Shown: in pieces, positions 37,646 through 47,393 of the stretch
Layout of the letters: every line of letters starts with the position of its first letter
Position numbering within the stretch: position 1 is the first letter of the stretch
Assembly (NCBI GenBank): GCA_009995365.1
Contig: JAACPR010000002.1
Coordinates: 14,428-78,427, forward strand
Direction of reading: 5' to 3'
Source: Candidatus Parcubacteria bacterium
Lineage (GTDB): Bacteria > Patescibacteriota > Minisyncoccia > Phycocordibacterales > JAACPR01
Length of the DNA: 64,000 bases
Notes under the pieces: generated by a model
The model's input: the letters and a program-made list of their open reading frames with translations, nothing else
Database searches by the model: none
Told to the model about the DNA's origin: nothing
Made by a program: the position numbers and the translations under genes

Positions 37646-37739
37646 AAACCAAACCATATTACTATCGAGTTTCTTTGCAGGACTCGTTTTGATATTACTG
37701 AGTCCGAAACCAAAACGAGAGAGTAATATGGTTTGGTTT
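37646..37739. repeat. 94-bp inverted-repeat element (perfect 18-bp arms) with nested, alternative stems
   Basis: AAACCAAACCATATTACT (37646-37663) pairs with AGTAATATGGTTTGGTTT (37722-37739). Inside, CTCGTTTTG pairs with CAAAACGAG, and GGACTC pairs with GAGTCC. Confidence 0.5.
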
Positions 37740-37789
37740 GTTGATTAACTAGTAATTTTTTTAAAAAAAGATAATGTTAAAATAATAAT

Positions 37790-38341
37790 ATGGAATTCAA
37801 CATTCAATCAGAAAAAGAATTACAACAAATTGCCGATGAGTTGCAGAAGGCGCTTTTCATGAAAATGGCTCTGGAAGCTAGAACCGGCAAAGAATACGGT
37901 GCTACCACGATTGGCCTTTTTGGTGATTTAGGTTCCGGCAAGACTACTTTTACAAAATACTTTGCAAAACAATTCGGAATAAAATCAAAAGATATTATTA
38001 GTCCAACTTTTATACTTCAAAAAAGATTTGATATTTCTGATGTTAAAGAGCCTGCTGAAAAAACTTCTACTGATAAAAATAAATCTAAGAAAACAAAAAA
38101 AACTCAACGAGAAAAACCCCAACATCCTTTCAAAAATTTCTATCACCTAGATGTTTATCGAATTGATGATCCAAAAGAAATCGAATCAATCGGTTGGCGA
38201 GAAATCGCAGCTGACCCCCAAAATATTATCTTGGTTGAATGGGCGGATAAAATTCCCGACCTCTTGCCGGAAGATGTTATTAAAATTTATTTTGAATCAA
38301 CCGGCGAGACTTCACGTCGTATTAAAATTGAAATAAGTTAG
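37790..38341 (+). CDS. tsaE: tRNA threonylcarbamoyladenosine biosynthesis ATPase TsaE with a Lys-rich insertion
   Basis: GDLGSGKTTFTK Walker A and HLDVYRIDDPKEIESIGWREI. Confidence 0.75.
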   Translation: MEFNIQSEKELQQIADELQKALFMKMALEARTGKEYGATTIGLFGDLGSGKTTFTKYFAKQFGIKSKDIISPTFILQKRFDISDVKEPAEKTSTDKNKSKKTKKTQREKPQHPFKNFYHLDVYRIDDPKEIESIGWREIAADPQNIILVEWADKIPDLLPEDVIKIYFESTGETSRRIKIEIS

Positions 38342-38389
38342 AATGTATACAAGATTGAAAACTTGCGACGCGATAAATAAAAAATAAAA

Positions 38390-40867
38390 ATGCCAGCCAA
38401 AAAAACCTCAGCAAAAAAAACAGATAAAAAAACTACCAAAAATAAACGAGAAAAAGTCGTCATACTAGATTCGCATGCAATCCTGCATCGCGCCTACCAC
38501 GCTTTGCCTGATTTCTCGTCTAGTAGCGGGGAACCAACCGGCGCAATTTATGGACTTTCCATGATGATAATTTCTATTATCAAACAATTTAAACCAGACT
38601 ACATTTTGGCTGCTTTTGATTTGCCAAAACCGACTTATCGACACGAGGCATACACTGATTACAAGGCGGGCAGGAAAAAATCAGATCCAGAATTAGTTTC
38701 TCAAATAAAGCGCGCTTATGATTTCTACAGAGCTTTTAATATTCCTGTCTACGAGGTAGAAGGGTATGAGGCCGACGATGTTTTAGGGACTCTGGCTGGA
38801 GAGCTTAAGAAAAATTACGATGTGATTATTGCCTCTGGTGATATGGATACTTTGCAATTAGTTGATGGCGACAAGGTCAAAGTTTTCACTCTAAAGAAGG
38901 GGATAAAAGACACAATTATTTATAATGAAGACGGTGTTAAAGATAGATTTGGTTTTGATCCCGAGCTTCTTCCTGATTACAAGGGGCTGCGCGGAGATGC
39001 ATCTGACAACATTATTGGAATTCCAGGAGTTGGTGAAAAGACTGCGACAACACTAATCACAGAATTTGGTTCAATCGAAAATATCTATAAAACTCTAGAG
39101 AAAAACCCTGAAAAATTTGAAGAAGCCGGAATCAAACCTCGTATTCAAAACTTATTAAAAGAAAATAAAGAAGAGGCAGAATTTAGCAAGATGCTGGCGA
39201 CTATTCAGTGCGACGTGCCGGTCAAAGCAAAACTACCGAAAGAAAATTGGTTAGATTCAGTTTCCGTCGATAAAATCAACAAGCTTTTCATGGATATGGA
39301 ATTTCGTTCACTTTCAGCTCGATTGAAAGAAATTATTCCAGAGGTCGTATCGGAAAATGAAGAAAAGGAAGGAAAAGGAGGTAAAAACAATAGCGATCTT
39401 GGTGGACTATTTGGGCAAGGCGAGGCGGGTGATAAAGATGAAAAGTCCGATAACAAACCAGTCAATTACGATCCAAAAATTCTAGAAGAAGCCAAAGTAG
39501 GGCTTTGGCTGATTAATTCTTCGCTGACAAATCCAGATATAGAAGATGTTTTGGGTCACACCAAGGAAGATGATTTGGAAAAGGCTTATCAAAAAATTCA
39601 GAAAGAATTGAAAGAAAAAGATTTAATTGATTTGTTTGAAAAAATTGAAAAGCCTTTAATTCCGATAATTAAAAAAATGGAAGAGAATGGTATAAAAATT
39701 GATAAAAAATTTCTGACGAATCTTTCCGAGAAATATCATGTCGAATTAGATCAACTTCAAAAAGATATTTATAAAATGTCTGGGGAGGAATTTAATATAA
39801 ATTCACCTCAACAAATGGCAGAAGTTTTGTTTGTGAAAATGGGGTTACGTTATAAAGGTATGAGAAAAACTTCTACTGGGAAATTTTCAACTAAAGAAGA
39901 AGTTTTACAAAAATTGCGTGGCGAACACGAGATTGTCGACAAAATTTTGGAATATCGAGAGATTCAAAAATTGCTTTCTACTTATATTGATAATATTCCG
40001 AAATTGGTTTCGGAGGAGGACGGGCGACTACATGCAACTTTTGCTCAGACAGGAACTACAACAGGGAGAATGGCTTCAAATAATCCAAACTTGCAGAATA
40101 TTCCTATCGGCTCAGAGCGTGGCAAGAAAATTCGCGCAGGTTTTGTGCCCGAAAAAGGTAAAGTTTTTTGTGCTTTTGATTATTCACAAGTTGAATTGAG
40201 AATCGCTGCTTTTCTGTCGGGCGATGAAAAATTAATTTCAGTTTTTAAAGAGGGGAGAGATATTCATAGCGCTGTTGCGAGCGAGGTCTTTGATGTTCCA
40301 GAAGATCAAGTAACCAAAGAGATGCGTCGCCAAGCGAAAGTGATCAATTTTGGAATTTTATATGGAATGGGAGTTAATGCTTTGAAAGATAATTTGGGTT
40401 CTGACAGAAAAACTGCTCAAGAATTCTATAATAAATATTTTGGAGTCTATACTGGACTAGCCGATTATCTAGAAAATACAAAAAAAGAAGCAGAACAAAA
40501 AGGTTATACAACAACATTATTTGGTCGCCGTAGATATTTTGAAGGGTTCAAGTCTAAATTGCCTTTTATTCGAGCTGCCGCGGAAAGAATGGCGATTAAC
40601 GCCCCGATTCAGGGAACGAGCGCTGATTTAATAAAACTGGCTATGGTAGAGATAGATAGATATCTGTCTGAAAATAAACTTGAAGATAAAATTAAATTGA
40701 TTTTGCAAATCCATGACGAAGTTATTTATGAAGTTGACGAGGTCGAAGTTGAAAAACATGCTTTAAAAATCAAGCAAATAATGGAGTCTATTATAGACAC
40801 TAACAAGACAAAAGGTGTTAATTTAGAGGCTGATTATTCTGTTGGAAATAATTGGAAAGAGGTTTAA
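38390..40867 (+). CDS. polA: DNA polymerase I (5'-3' exonuclease plus polymerase domains; short central region)
   Basis: 5'-nuclease motifs (ILDSHAILHRAYHA, GDASDNIIGIPGVGEKTA); pol motifs A (DYSQVELRIAA), B (RRQAKVINFGILYGMG) and C (QIHDEV). Its 825 aa are fewer than E. coli PolA, so the 3'-5' exonuclease domain is probably reduced. Confidence 0.9.
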   Translation: MPAKKTSAKKTDKKTTKNKREKVVILDSHAILHRAYHALPDFSSSSGEPTGAIYGLSMMIISIIKQFKPDYILAAFDLPKPTYRHEAYTDYKAGRKKSDPELVSQIKRAYDFYRAFNIPVYEVEGYEADDVLGTLAGELKKNYDVIIASGDMDTLQLVDGDKVKVFTLKKGIKDTIIYNEDGVKDRFGFDPELLPDYKGLRGDASDNIIGIPGVGEKTATTLITEFGSIENIYKTLEKNPEKFEEAGIKPRIQNLLKENKEEAEFSKMLATIQCDVPVKAKLPKENWLDSVSVDKINKLFMDMEFRSLSARLKEIIPEVVSENEEKEGKGGKNNSDLGGLFGQGEAGDKDEKSDNKPVNYDPKILEEAKVGLWLINSSLTNPDIEDVLGHTKEDDLEKAYQKIQKELKEKDLIDLFEKIEKPLIPIIKKMEENGIKIDKKFLTNLSEKYHVELDQLQKDIYKMSGEEFNINSPQQMAEVLFVKMGLRYKGMRKTSTGKFSTKEEVLQKLRGEHEIVDKILEYREIQKLLSTYIDNIPKLVSEEDGRLHATFAQTGTTTGRMASNNPNLQNIPIGSERGKKIRAGFVPEKGKVFCAFDYSQVELRIAAFLSGDEKLISVFKEGRDIHSAVASEVFDVPEDQVTKEMRRQAKVINFGILYGMGVNALKDNLGSDRKTAQEFYNKYFGVYTGLADYLENTKKEAEQKGYTTTLFGRRRYFEGFKSKLPFIRAAAERMAINAPIQGTSADLIKLAMVEIDRYLSENKLEDKIKLILQIHDEVIYEVDEVEVEKHALKIKQIMESIIDTNKTKGVNLEADYSVGNNWKEV

Positions 40868-40878
40868 AAATAAAAACC

Positions 40879-40907
40879 TTGACATTGTGTTGTAATTCTA
40901 TATTATA
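40879..40907 (+). promoter_or_regulatory. sigma-70-like promoter (TTGACA, 16-17 bp spacer, TATTAT)
   Basis: cctTGACAttgtgttgtaattctaTATTATagcg, located immediately after the polA stop. Confidence 0.5.
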
Positions 40908-40913
40908 GCGGCA

Positions 40914-41119
40914 GAACTTGATTGAGATCTTTCTATATTTTTGGAGAATCCCGACTTTTACTTTCCTGAATTCCGCCCTTACCTTTCGGGGCGGCCTCCA
41001 AAAAACAAGGCTGAACTAGATAATCTAGATTCAGCAACAGATTCAATACTCATCTCATCCACCTCGACCCATGAGTGAATCTGGAGGTCTACGCTGCTCG
41101 GTAGCGTAGGCCTTTTTTT
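40914..41119 (+). ncRNA. candidate small structured RNA of about 200 nt between polA and the holA-like gene; identity unknown
   Basis: Promoter upstream; hairpins CCGCCCTTACCTTTCGGGGCGG and GCTGAACTAGATAATCTAGATTCAGC; a terminal stem plus GGCCTTTTTTT terminator. No ORF. Confidence 0.35.
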
Positions 41120-41137
41120 GTTTGTATAATTGAATTC

Positions 41138-41848
41138 ATGATTTATTTTATCTACGGAGATTCCAATAAAATTTTTACCAAAACTAATGACCTTATTAAT
41201 TCACTGATTAGCAAGAATACGGATGCCACTTTTACAAAAATAGAATCTGATAATTTTGATGATTTTAGTTTAGATGAAATTATTGGAGGGCAGTCTCTTT
41301 TTACGGGGAAGCAGATAATCTACCTAAAAAGACTTTTTGAAAATACACAGTCGCGCGACTTGCTACTTGAAAGGATTAAAGAAATTTCACAATCACCTAA
41401 TATTTTTATTATTACAGAAGAAAAACTTAATAAGCCAATTTTCAATAAAATAGAAAAAGTTTCAGAGAAAGTTCAAAATTTTGAATCTAAAAGAGTCGCC
41501 GCAAAAAAAGATAATAATATTTTCGATTTAGCTAATGCGTTAGGGGATAGAGACCTTAAAAAACTTTGGTCACTATATCAAGAAAAGGTAAAAACCGTTC
41601 GCCCCGAAGAAATTCACGGAATTTTATGGTGGCAAGTCAAAAGCATTTTATCTGCAATCAAATCTGAAAATCCAAAAGATTCAGGACTTAAACCTTTTGT
41701 GTTTCAAAAAGCCAAAAGTTTTTCAAGAAAATATGAAAAAGATGAAATTGAAAAGCTAGCAAATGATTTGGTTAACATAGTCCATTCATCCAGAAGAAGT
41801 GGTATTCCACTCGATCTGGCACTAGAGAAAGTGATTCTAAGTCTTTAA
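41138..41848 (+). CDS. holA: DNA polymerase III delta subunit-like (HolA-like, short)
   Basis: MIYFIYGDSNKIF…SLFTGKQIIYLKRL pattern typical of the HolA N-terminus. Its 236 aa are short for HolA. Confidence 0.45.
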   Translation: MIYFIYGDSNKIFTKTNDLINSLISKNTDATFTKIESDNFDDFSLDEIIGGQSLFTGKQIIYLKRLFENTQSRDLLLERIKEISQSPNIFIITEEKLNKPIFNKIEKVSEKVQNFESKRVAAKKDNNIFDLANALGDRDLKKLWSLYQEKVKTVRPEEIHGILWWQVKSILSAIKSENPKDSGLKPFVFQKAKSFSRKYEKDEIEKLANDLVNIVHSSRRSGIPLDLALEKVILSL

Positions 41849-41878
41849 AATGCTCTTTAAAGAATTTTTTTAAAAATG

Positions 41879-41951
41879 TCCGTCCAGCAGGACTCGAACC
41901 TGCGACCCTCTGCTTAAAAGGCAGGTGCTCTACCAGCTGAGCTATGGACGG
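41879..41951 (-). tRNA. tRNA-Lys (anticodon UUU)
   Basis: The minus strand CCGTCCATAGCTCAGCTGGTAGAGCACCTGCCTTTTAAGCAGAGGGTCGCAGGTTCGAGTCCTGCTGGACGGA folds as a cloverleaf. The acceptor stem (7 bp) and T-arm (GCAGG/CCTGC) are perfect, the anticodon loop is CUUUUAA, and the 27-43 pair is a mismatch. No CCA is encoded. Confidence 0.8.
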
Positions 41952-42056
41952 TTAATGAAAAAGACTATACTAAATTTTAATAAAAAAGTCTAATTTTAAC
42001 AAACAAAAAACAAATAATTATTATAATATAGAAAATATAGTATAATATTTTCACAT

Positions 42057-42323
42057 ATGTCAGACTTTAAATTTGAAGAAGAAAATCCATACGCCAATAA
42101 AAGGAAAGTTAAAAAAACTAAAAAAAGTTTTGTTGATTGGTTTTATAAAAAAAGCCCATTAGAAGATAAAACTGATAAAAAAATATTAGAAGTTTTATCA
42201 ATAGTGCTTTTTGGTCTAGCTATTTTTATGCTGATGGTAACTTTTTATTACTCAGACAAAAAAGAACAAGAAAAAATTGAAAATTTTAAGAGTCGCGTAG
42301 AAAACACACGAAGCGTTCGGTAA
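42057..42323 (+). CDS. small membrane protein
   Basis: Single TM helix (VLSIVLFGLAIFMLMVTFYY). Confidence 0.35.
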   Translation: MSDFKFEEENPYANKRKVKKTKKSFVDWFYKKSPLEDKTDKKILEVLSIVLFGLAIFMLMVTFYYSDKKEQEKIENFKSRVENTRSVR

Positions 42324-42332
42324 ATCTAATAA

Positions 42333-42731
42333 CTACATTGGAAAATCTATCGCAAATAATCCTGGTCCAAGAAACAGAAAGCTTAAACTAATTATTGAAA
42401 GTGTTAAATAAAGTAATTTTGTTTGACCTAGTGTATTTTCTTTATCTACAAAAATTAGACTGAATAATAAATAACTAATGACTAGGCATGAAATTTGTGT
42501 CAAAAAACCTACTGTCATAAATAAGGAACTCAAGATGAAGGTTAGACCGAAAACCCAAATATAAATTGAGCTGATCGGTGTTTTTATTTTATTTATTTTT
42601 TTGATTAAAATTTTCCTTTTTGAAAATAAAAATTGATGGCTCAGGTATAGACATGTTAGTCCTACTGCTATTCTTACTATAAAAATACCTAATAAATAAA
42701 GGAATAGAAATTGTGGAAAAATACTTAGCAT
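42333..42731 (-). CDS. integral membrane protein (4 TM)
   Basis: Hydrophobic throughout. Confidence 0.4.
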   Translation of the reverse strand: MLSIFPQFLFLYLLGIFIVRIAVGLTCLYLSHQFLFSKRKILIKKINKIKTPISSIYIWVFGLTFILSSLFMTVGFLTQISCLVISYLLFSLIFVDKENTLGQTKLLYLTLSIISLSFLFLGPGLFAIDFPM

Positions 42732-42781
42732 AAGTGTAGTATATCAGAAAAGATTAATTACGATTGGTCTAATAATAAAAA

Positions 42782-43273
42782 ATGTCGATAACTAATAAAA
42801 TTCAAAAAAATATTATACTTCATAATATTCGAAGTGTCTTGAATGTTGGTGCAATTTTTAGAACAGCGGATGCTATTGGAATTGATAAGGTTTATATTTC
42901 AGGTCATACACCTGCGCCGATTGATAGATTTGGTAGGGAGAGAAATGATATTAAAAAAACCGCATTGGGAGCTGAGAAAAGTGTCGAGTGGGAGGAAATC
43001 GAAGATATCTACAAATTAATTGATAAATTAAAAAAAGAAGAACATAAAATTATCGCACTTGAACAATCAGAAAAATCAATTGATTATAAAGAAGTTAAAA
43101 AACATATTAGTGGTAATGTCACCATAATCTTGGGTAGTGAGACCAAAGGTGTTGATCAGAAAGTTCTAGACCAAAGTGATTTTATTGCAGAGATACCAAT
43201 GATGGGGGAGAAAGAATCATTAAATGTATCTGTAGCGACAGGTATCTTGTTATATAGTTTGTTCGACAATTAA
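42782..43273 (+). CDS. SPOUT (SpoU/TrmL-like) RNA 2'-O-methyltransferase
   Basis: NVGAIFRTADAIGIDKVYISGHT…ILGSETKGVD…IPMMGEKESLNVSVATGILLY. Confidence 0.7.
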   Translation: MSITNKIQKNIILHNIRSVLNVGAIFRTADAIGIDKVYISGHTPAPIDRFGRERNDIKKTALGAEKSVEWEEIEDIYKLIDKLKKEEHKIIALEQSEKSIDYKEVKKHISGNVTIILGSETKGVDQKVLDQSDFIAEIPMMGEKESLNVSVATGILLYSLFDN

Positions 43274-43275
43274 TT

Positions 43276-44223
43276 TCAACTAATTAATTTTTGATGTGTG
43301 TCGCAAAAATGGGCACTCCTGCCACCGACAACTTTTCTAGCTATTGTTCCATCGCAACCCTTTTTCAAACATTTTTCTTCTTTTCTTCTGTAAACTTTGT
43401 GGTGTTTTTGAAAATTACCAGGTGTTCCATCTGGTTGTCTATAGTCAGATGTTGAGTCTCCGCCAAAATCTATACCTTTGTTCAAGACATTTTTGATATT
43501 TTTCAACAGTGCACCGATTTTTTCCGCGGTTAAATTTTCTGGTTTTTCTTCAGGATGAATTCCCGTTAACCATAAAGCTTCGTCAGAATAAATATTACCA
43601 ATACCAGATATTAACTCTTGTTCCATCAAGATATTTTTTATTCTGCCATCTGGTTTTTTGTTTAAAATCTTTGTAAAAGTTTTTTTGTCGAATTTTTTTG
43701 TTGTCGGGTCAGGCCCAAGATTTTTCAAATCTTTGTGATTATTTATTTTCCCATCTTTAATTAAGCAGACTTTTGCAAACCTCCTCGCATCAGATAAAAC
43801 CAAAAACTTACCATTTGATAATTCAAAGACTAACCTGATATATCCATTAAATTTATCTTGAAGAGGTCCGCTTTCATCTGCCACCCACCCAAAAACTTTT
43901 TCTCTTATGCCGTTAGACATCTCTTCGAGATTTGCTCTTTTATATTTTCCATATAAAAGGTGCCCCGTCATTTTCATGTGGATTAATATAGTTTTTGGCC
44001 CTTCAATATTTAAAAGAACATTTTTTCCGATTCTATCTGAAGATTTTATTTTTTTGCCGACTACTTCTTTTTTAAAATTTAAAAAATATTTAGGATCTTT
44101 AATGTTTTCTTTTCCATAAAAATATTTACTGTTGTAATTAGTCCAAACAGAAACAATTTCGAGACCTGGCAGTATCTCGTTTAATTTTTTTGCTGTTGTT
44201 GTTACTTCTGGCAATTCTGGCAT
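43276..44223 (-). CDS. mutM: formamidopyrimidine-DNA glycosylase (Fpg/MutM/Nei family)
   Basis: N-terminal MPELPEV, H2TH region, and a C-terminal zinc finger CLKKGCDGTIARKVVGGRSAHFCDTHQ. Confidence 0.85.
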   Translation of the reverse strand: MPELPEVTTTAKKLNEILPGLEIVSVWTNYNSKYFYGKENIKDPKYFLNFKKEVVGKKIKSSDRIGKNVLLNIEGPKTILIHMKMTGHLLYGKYKRANLEEMSNGIREKVFGWVADESGPLQDKFNGYIRLVFELSNGKFLVLSDARRFAKVCLIKDGKINNHKDLKNLGPDPTTKKFDKKTFTKILNKKPDGRIKNILMEQELISGIGNIYSDEALWLTGIHPEEKPENLTAEKIGALLKNIKNVLNKGIDFGGDSTSDYRQPDGTPGNFQKHHKVYRRKEEKCLKKGCDGTIARKVVGGRSAHFCDTHQKLIS

Positions 44224-44248
44224 ATTTTTGTGTTAGAATAATTAATTA

Positions 44249-45154
44249 ATGGATAAGTGGGTTCCTCTAATTTGTATTATTTTTTCAGCTATACTTGTGT
44301 TAGTGGCTTATTCTCTGTGGAATCTAAACATCACTGATGCATCAGATAATACCATAAAAAAAGGATTGCAAATAAAGGGAGATTCTATTGAAGATATTTT
44401 TTCTAAACACAAAATATTACTTGTCCCGGGTCATGATCTAGAAAATTATGGAGCAAAGTTTAACGACTTAAAAGAAGAAGAAATTAATCTAGAGCTTTCA
44501 AAAATTATTTACAATCTATTTGAAAAGGACGAGAGATTTGATGTATTTATTACTAGAAACGAGAATGGCTACACAAAAGAATTCAGCGATTATTTTACAA
44601 ATCAAAAAGAGGAAATCGACAATTTTATCTACGAGAATAAAGAAAAGACTAGGGATAGTTATAGAAATGGTGAATTTGAACCTGTCCGAGTAGTAGAGCA
44701 CAATCTGGCTGCCAAAGACGTTGCTTTTAAGTTATACGGAATAAATAAATGGGTAAACGATAATGAAATTGATTTAGTGGTTCATGTTCATTTTAATGAT
44801 TATCCTCGAGATAATATGGATATAGCAGGAAAGTATAACGGTTTTTCAATTTACATACCCTCTAATAATTTAACAGGGTATGACGGTGCTAAAAAGATAG
44901 CAAAAAATTTGAGAGAAAATTTAGGTAAGTTTTTCAATGAAAGTAATTTGCCTGTAGAAAAAGATATTATTATCAAGAATTCTGATTTGATAGCGGTGGG
45001 GTCCAATAACACGATCACAAATTCAATTCCGATTTTGGTCGAATACGGGTATATCTACGAAGATATTTTTTATAGAGAAGATCAGAGGGTAGGGAATCTG
45101 AATAAAGCCGCTTATCAAACATACGATTCAATTAGAAAAAACTTAACTAATTAG
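44249..45154 (+). CDS. N-acetylmuramoyl-L-alanine amidase (Amidase_3 family), membrane-anchored
   Basis: N-terminal TM helix; ILLVPGHDLENYGA… and later HVHFNDYP motifs typical of the Amidase_3 family. Confidence 0.6.
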   Translation: MDKWVPLICIIFSAILVLVAYSLWNLNITDASDNTIKKGLQIKGDSIEDIFSKHKILLVPGHDLENYGAKFNDLKEEEINLELSKIIYNLFEKDERFDVFITRNENGYTKEFSDYFTNQKEEIDNFIYENKEKTRDSYRNGEFEPVRVVEHNLAAKDVAFKLYGINKWVNDNEIDLVVHVHFNDYPRDNMDIAGKYNGFSIYIPSNNLTGYDGAKKIAKNLRENLGKFFNESNLPVEKDIIIKNSDLIAVGSNNTITNSIPILVEYGYIYEDIFYREDQRVGNLNKAAYQTYDSIRKNLTN

Positions 45155-46430
45155 TTTTTGTAACTTTTTTAATTTCTTCTTTGGCAACTTCAAAATCTGA
45201 CCAAGGAGTTTTTTTATTATTTGCCTCCATTATATAAGGATCAGTTCCTTTACCGCTAATTAGCACAACTGAATTTTTACCTATTTTTTTGGCTTTTTCG
45301 ATAGCTGTATTTATTGCAATTCTGCGGTCCAGTATTTCATGAATTGGTTTTTTACTGTCTGAGATGGCAGAACTCATTTCCTTGATGATTTTTTTCGGAT
45401 CCTCATCATAAGGGTCTTCATTAGTTAGAATAATTTCCTCACAATATTTTTCTGCAATTTTTGCCATTTCAGGTCTTTTCCACTTGTCTCTACCGCCACC
45501 AGTATTTCCCAATACACACACCTTCTTTTTATTTGGAAAAGCTTTGTAAAGTTTTTCCAAAGAGTCGGCAGTGTGAGCGTAATCAACTATCACATCAAAC
45601 TCTTGACCTGCATCGACTTTTTGAACTCTACCCTTTACCACATCCAGATTTTCTACACCCTTTTTGATTGTTTCATGTGGTATACCTAATTCGTTTGCCA
45701 ATGTTGCTGCGGCTAAAATATTGTAAATATTAAATTCACCATTCAATTTTGAATAAAAAGTTGTTTTGTTAAATCGCATTTCTATTCCATCATCGTCGAT
45801 ATTGAAAGGTTTAACATCGGACAAAGAATAAGTTATTTTTTTGTCAGCTTTTTTCTCTAGGAAAAGTTCACTTTCAATATCATCTTTGTTTGCAACCAGA
45901 ATAGTGTTTTTCTTTGATTTGTTGTCCAAGTTATCAGCTATGTTTAATTTTGCTTGTCGGTATTTTTCATATGATCCGTGGGATTCTATGTGTTCAGGAG
46001 AAAGGTTTGTGAAAATAAAAGCATCAAGGTCTATGAATTTGTGTCGGAATTGTTTTGAGCCTTCAGATGTTATTTCTATAACTGCGTGACTACAACCTTC
46101 TTTTACGGCTTGATATAGAAATTTTTGCATAAAGAACCTGCCTGGCATCGACATCTTGTATTTATTGGCTTTGGATTCATCTCCAATTTTAAATCTAATT
46201 GTGTTTGATAGGGCGGTTTTATATCCAGCCGCTTCCAAAATGGAATTCATTATTTCTGTCGTTGTTGATTTTCCTTTCGTCCCGGTTATTCCAATTATGT
46301 GTATTTTTTTAGAAGGGAAGCGATAAATAATAGTGCCGATTAAAATTATTAAATAATGATAAGCAGGTTGAAAGAAGGTAAAGATTTTCTTCGGAATAAA
46401 TTTTTTGATTATGTTTAGTGTGTCTTGCAT
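45147..46430 (-). CDS. Mur ligase family protein (MurE/MurT/FolC-like)
   Basis: ATP-binding loop IIGITGTKGKSTT, and Mur-ligase middle and C-terminal domains. The N-terminal domain is short, so the exact substrate cannot be assigned. Confidence 0.6.
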   Translation of the reverse strand: MQDTLNIIKKFIPKKIFTFFQPAYHYLIILIGTIIYRFPSKKIHIIGITGTKGKSTTTEIMNSILEAAGYKTALSNTIRFKIGDESKANKYKMSMPGRFFMQKFLYQAVKEGCSHAVIEITSEGSKQFRHKFIDLDAFIFTNLSPEHIESHGSYEKYRQAKLNIADNLDNKSKKNTILVANKDDIESELFLEKKADKKITYSLSDVKPFNIDDDGIEMRFNKTTFYSKLNGEFNIYNILAAATLANELGIPHETIKKGVENLDVVKGRVQKVDAGQEFDVIVDYAHTADSLEKLYKAFPNKKKVCVLGNTGGGRDKWKRPEMAKIAEKYCEEIILTNEDPYDEDPKKIIKEMSSAISDSKKPIHEILDRRIAINTAIEKAKKIGKNSVVLISGKGTDPYIMEANNKKTPWSDFEVAKEEIKKVTKTN

Positions 46431-46431
46431 T

Positions 46432-47007
46432 TTAATTACTTAAATCTTTTAAAGCTTTCTTGATAATATCTTCTGGGTTCTCTAATCCTTTAATCTTGCT
46501 GACAGTCTCGCGTGCGTCTCTTTCTGAATATCCTAGAGAGACGAGAGCATCTATCGCTACAACATTATGATTTTCTGAATTATTTGTGTTGTTTTCGCCA
46601 AATTCAGTTGTTCCTAGTTTATCTTTTAAAGATACAACTATTTTCTCTGCCGTTTTTTTGCCTATACCCGACATTTTTGATAAGTAGGCAGGATCGTTAG
46701 ATTGTATTCCAGATATTAATGTTTCGGCTGTTGCGTTGCTTAGGATTGAGATGGCAGATTTTGGTCCGACACCCGAAATTGTTAATAATAACTTGAACAA
46801 AGATAAGTCCTTTTTTTCTTTAAAACCATAAAGATCTAGCGCGTTTTCTCTAACCGCTAAATAGGTCCAGATAGATATTTCGTTGCCTGCTTCAGCTATT
46901 TGTAGTAAATCCGGTGTTGAATGAATCAAATATCCTACACCGTTTACACTTAAAATTATTGAGTCTAAGTTTGTTTCTATTATTTTACCTTCGAGGTATG
47001 AAATCAT
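46432..47007 (-). CDS. ruvA: Holliday junction DNA helicase RuvA
   Basis: MISYLEGKIIE…VNGVGYLIH, HhH motifs (ISGVGPKSA; MSGIGKKTAEKI), and a C-terminal domain III. Confidence 0.85.
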   Translation of the reverse strand: MISYLEGKIIETNLDSIILSVNGVGYLIHSTPDLLQIAEAGNEISIWTYLAVRENALDLYGFKEKKDLSLFKLLLTISGVGPKSAISILSNATAETLISGIQSNDPAYLSKMSGIGKKTAEKIVVSLKDKLGTTEFGENNTNNSENHNVVAIDALVSLGYSERDARETVSKIKGLENPEDIIKKALKDLSN

Positions 47008-47115
47008 CTTGTTTTTAATGATATCAAATTAAACCAACTGTTCCAGTTGTATGAAAAGCTTTTTCATTGTTTTCTATTGCTTTTTATTCCGTCTTTTGAT
47101 AAAGTCTTTTCACTT

Positions 47116-47388
47116 ATGGCAATTACAAAATCAGCAAAAAAAGAAATTAGAGCTAGCGAAAAGAAAGCGGTTTTCAACCTGCGTCGCAAAAGGACAATGA
47201 AAGCAGCAATAAAAGAGATCGATGAATTATTAAAAGAGAACAAAATCGACGAAGCTCAAAAGAAATTAAGTGAAGCTTACAAGGCGATAGACAAGGCAGC
47301 TAAAATGAATACTATAAAGAAAAATACTGCTTCTAGAACTAAATCTAGATTATCTGCAAAAATTAAAAAAGCTAAGACAACTAAATAA
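47116..47388 (+). CDS. rpsT: 30S ribosomal protein S20
   Basis: MAITKSAKKEIRASEKKAVFNLRRK… from the ATG at 47116. The ORF-track start at 47047 adds a non-homologous hydrophobic N-terminus and is probably wrong. Confidence 0.8.
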   Translation: MAITKSAKKEIRASEKKAVFNLRRKRTMKAAIKEIDELLKENKIDEAQKKLSEAYKAIDKAAKMNTIKKNTASRTKSRLSAKIKKAKTTK

Positions 47389-47393
47389 ATAAA

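Noticed and set aside
40930-40990. Minus-strand AGGAAAGU…GUCGGG resembling the RNase P RNA P4 region
   Set aside because: The intergenic space (about 270 nt) is too short for RNase P RNA, and the second P4 strand is absent. It is treated as part of an unidentified sRNA candidate instead.
47047-47115. ORF-track start of rpsT at 47047
   Set aside because: The hydrophobic 23-aa extension is not part of S20. The conserved S20 N-terminus (MAITKSAKK) begins at the ATG at 47116.
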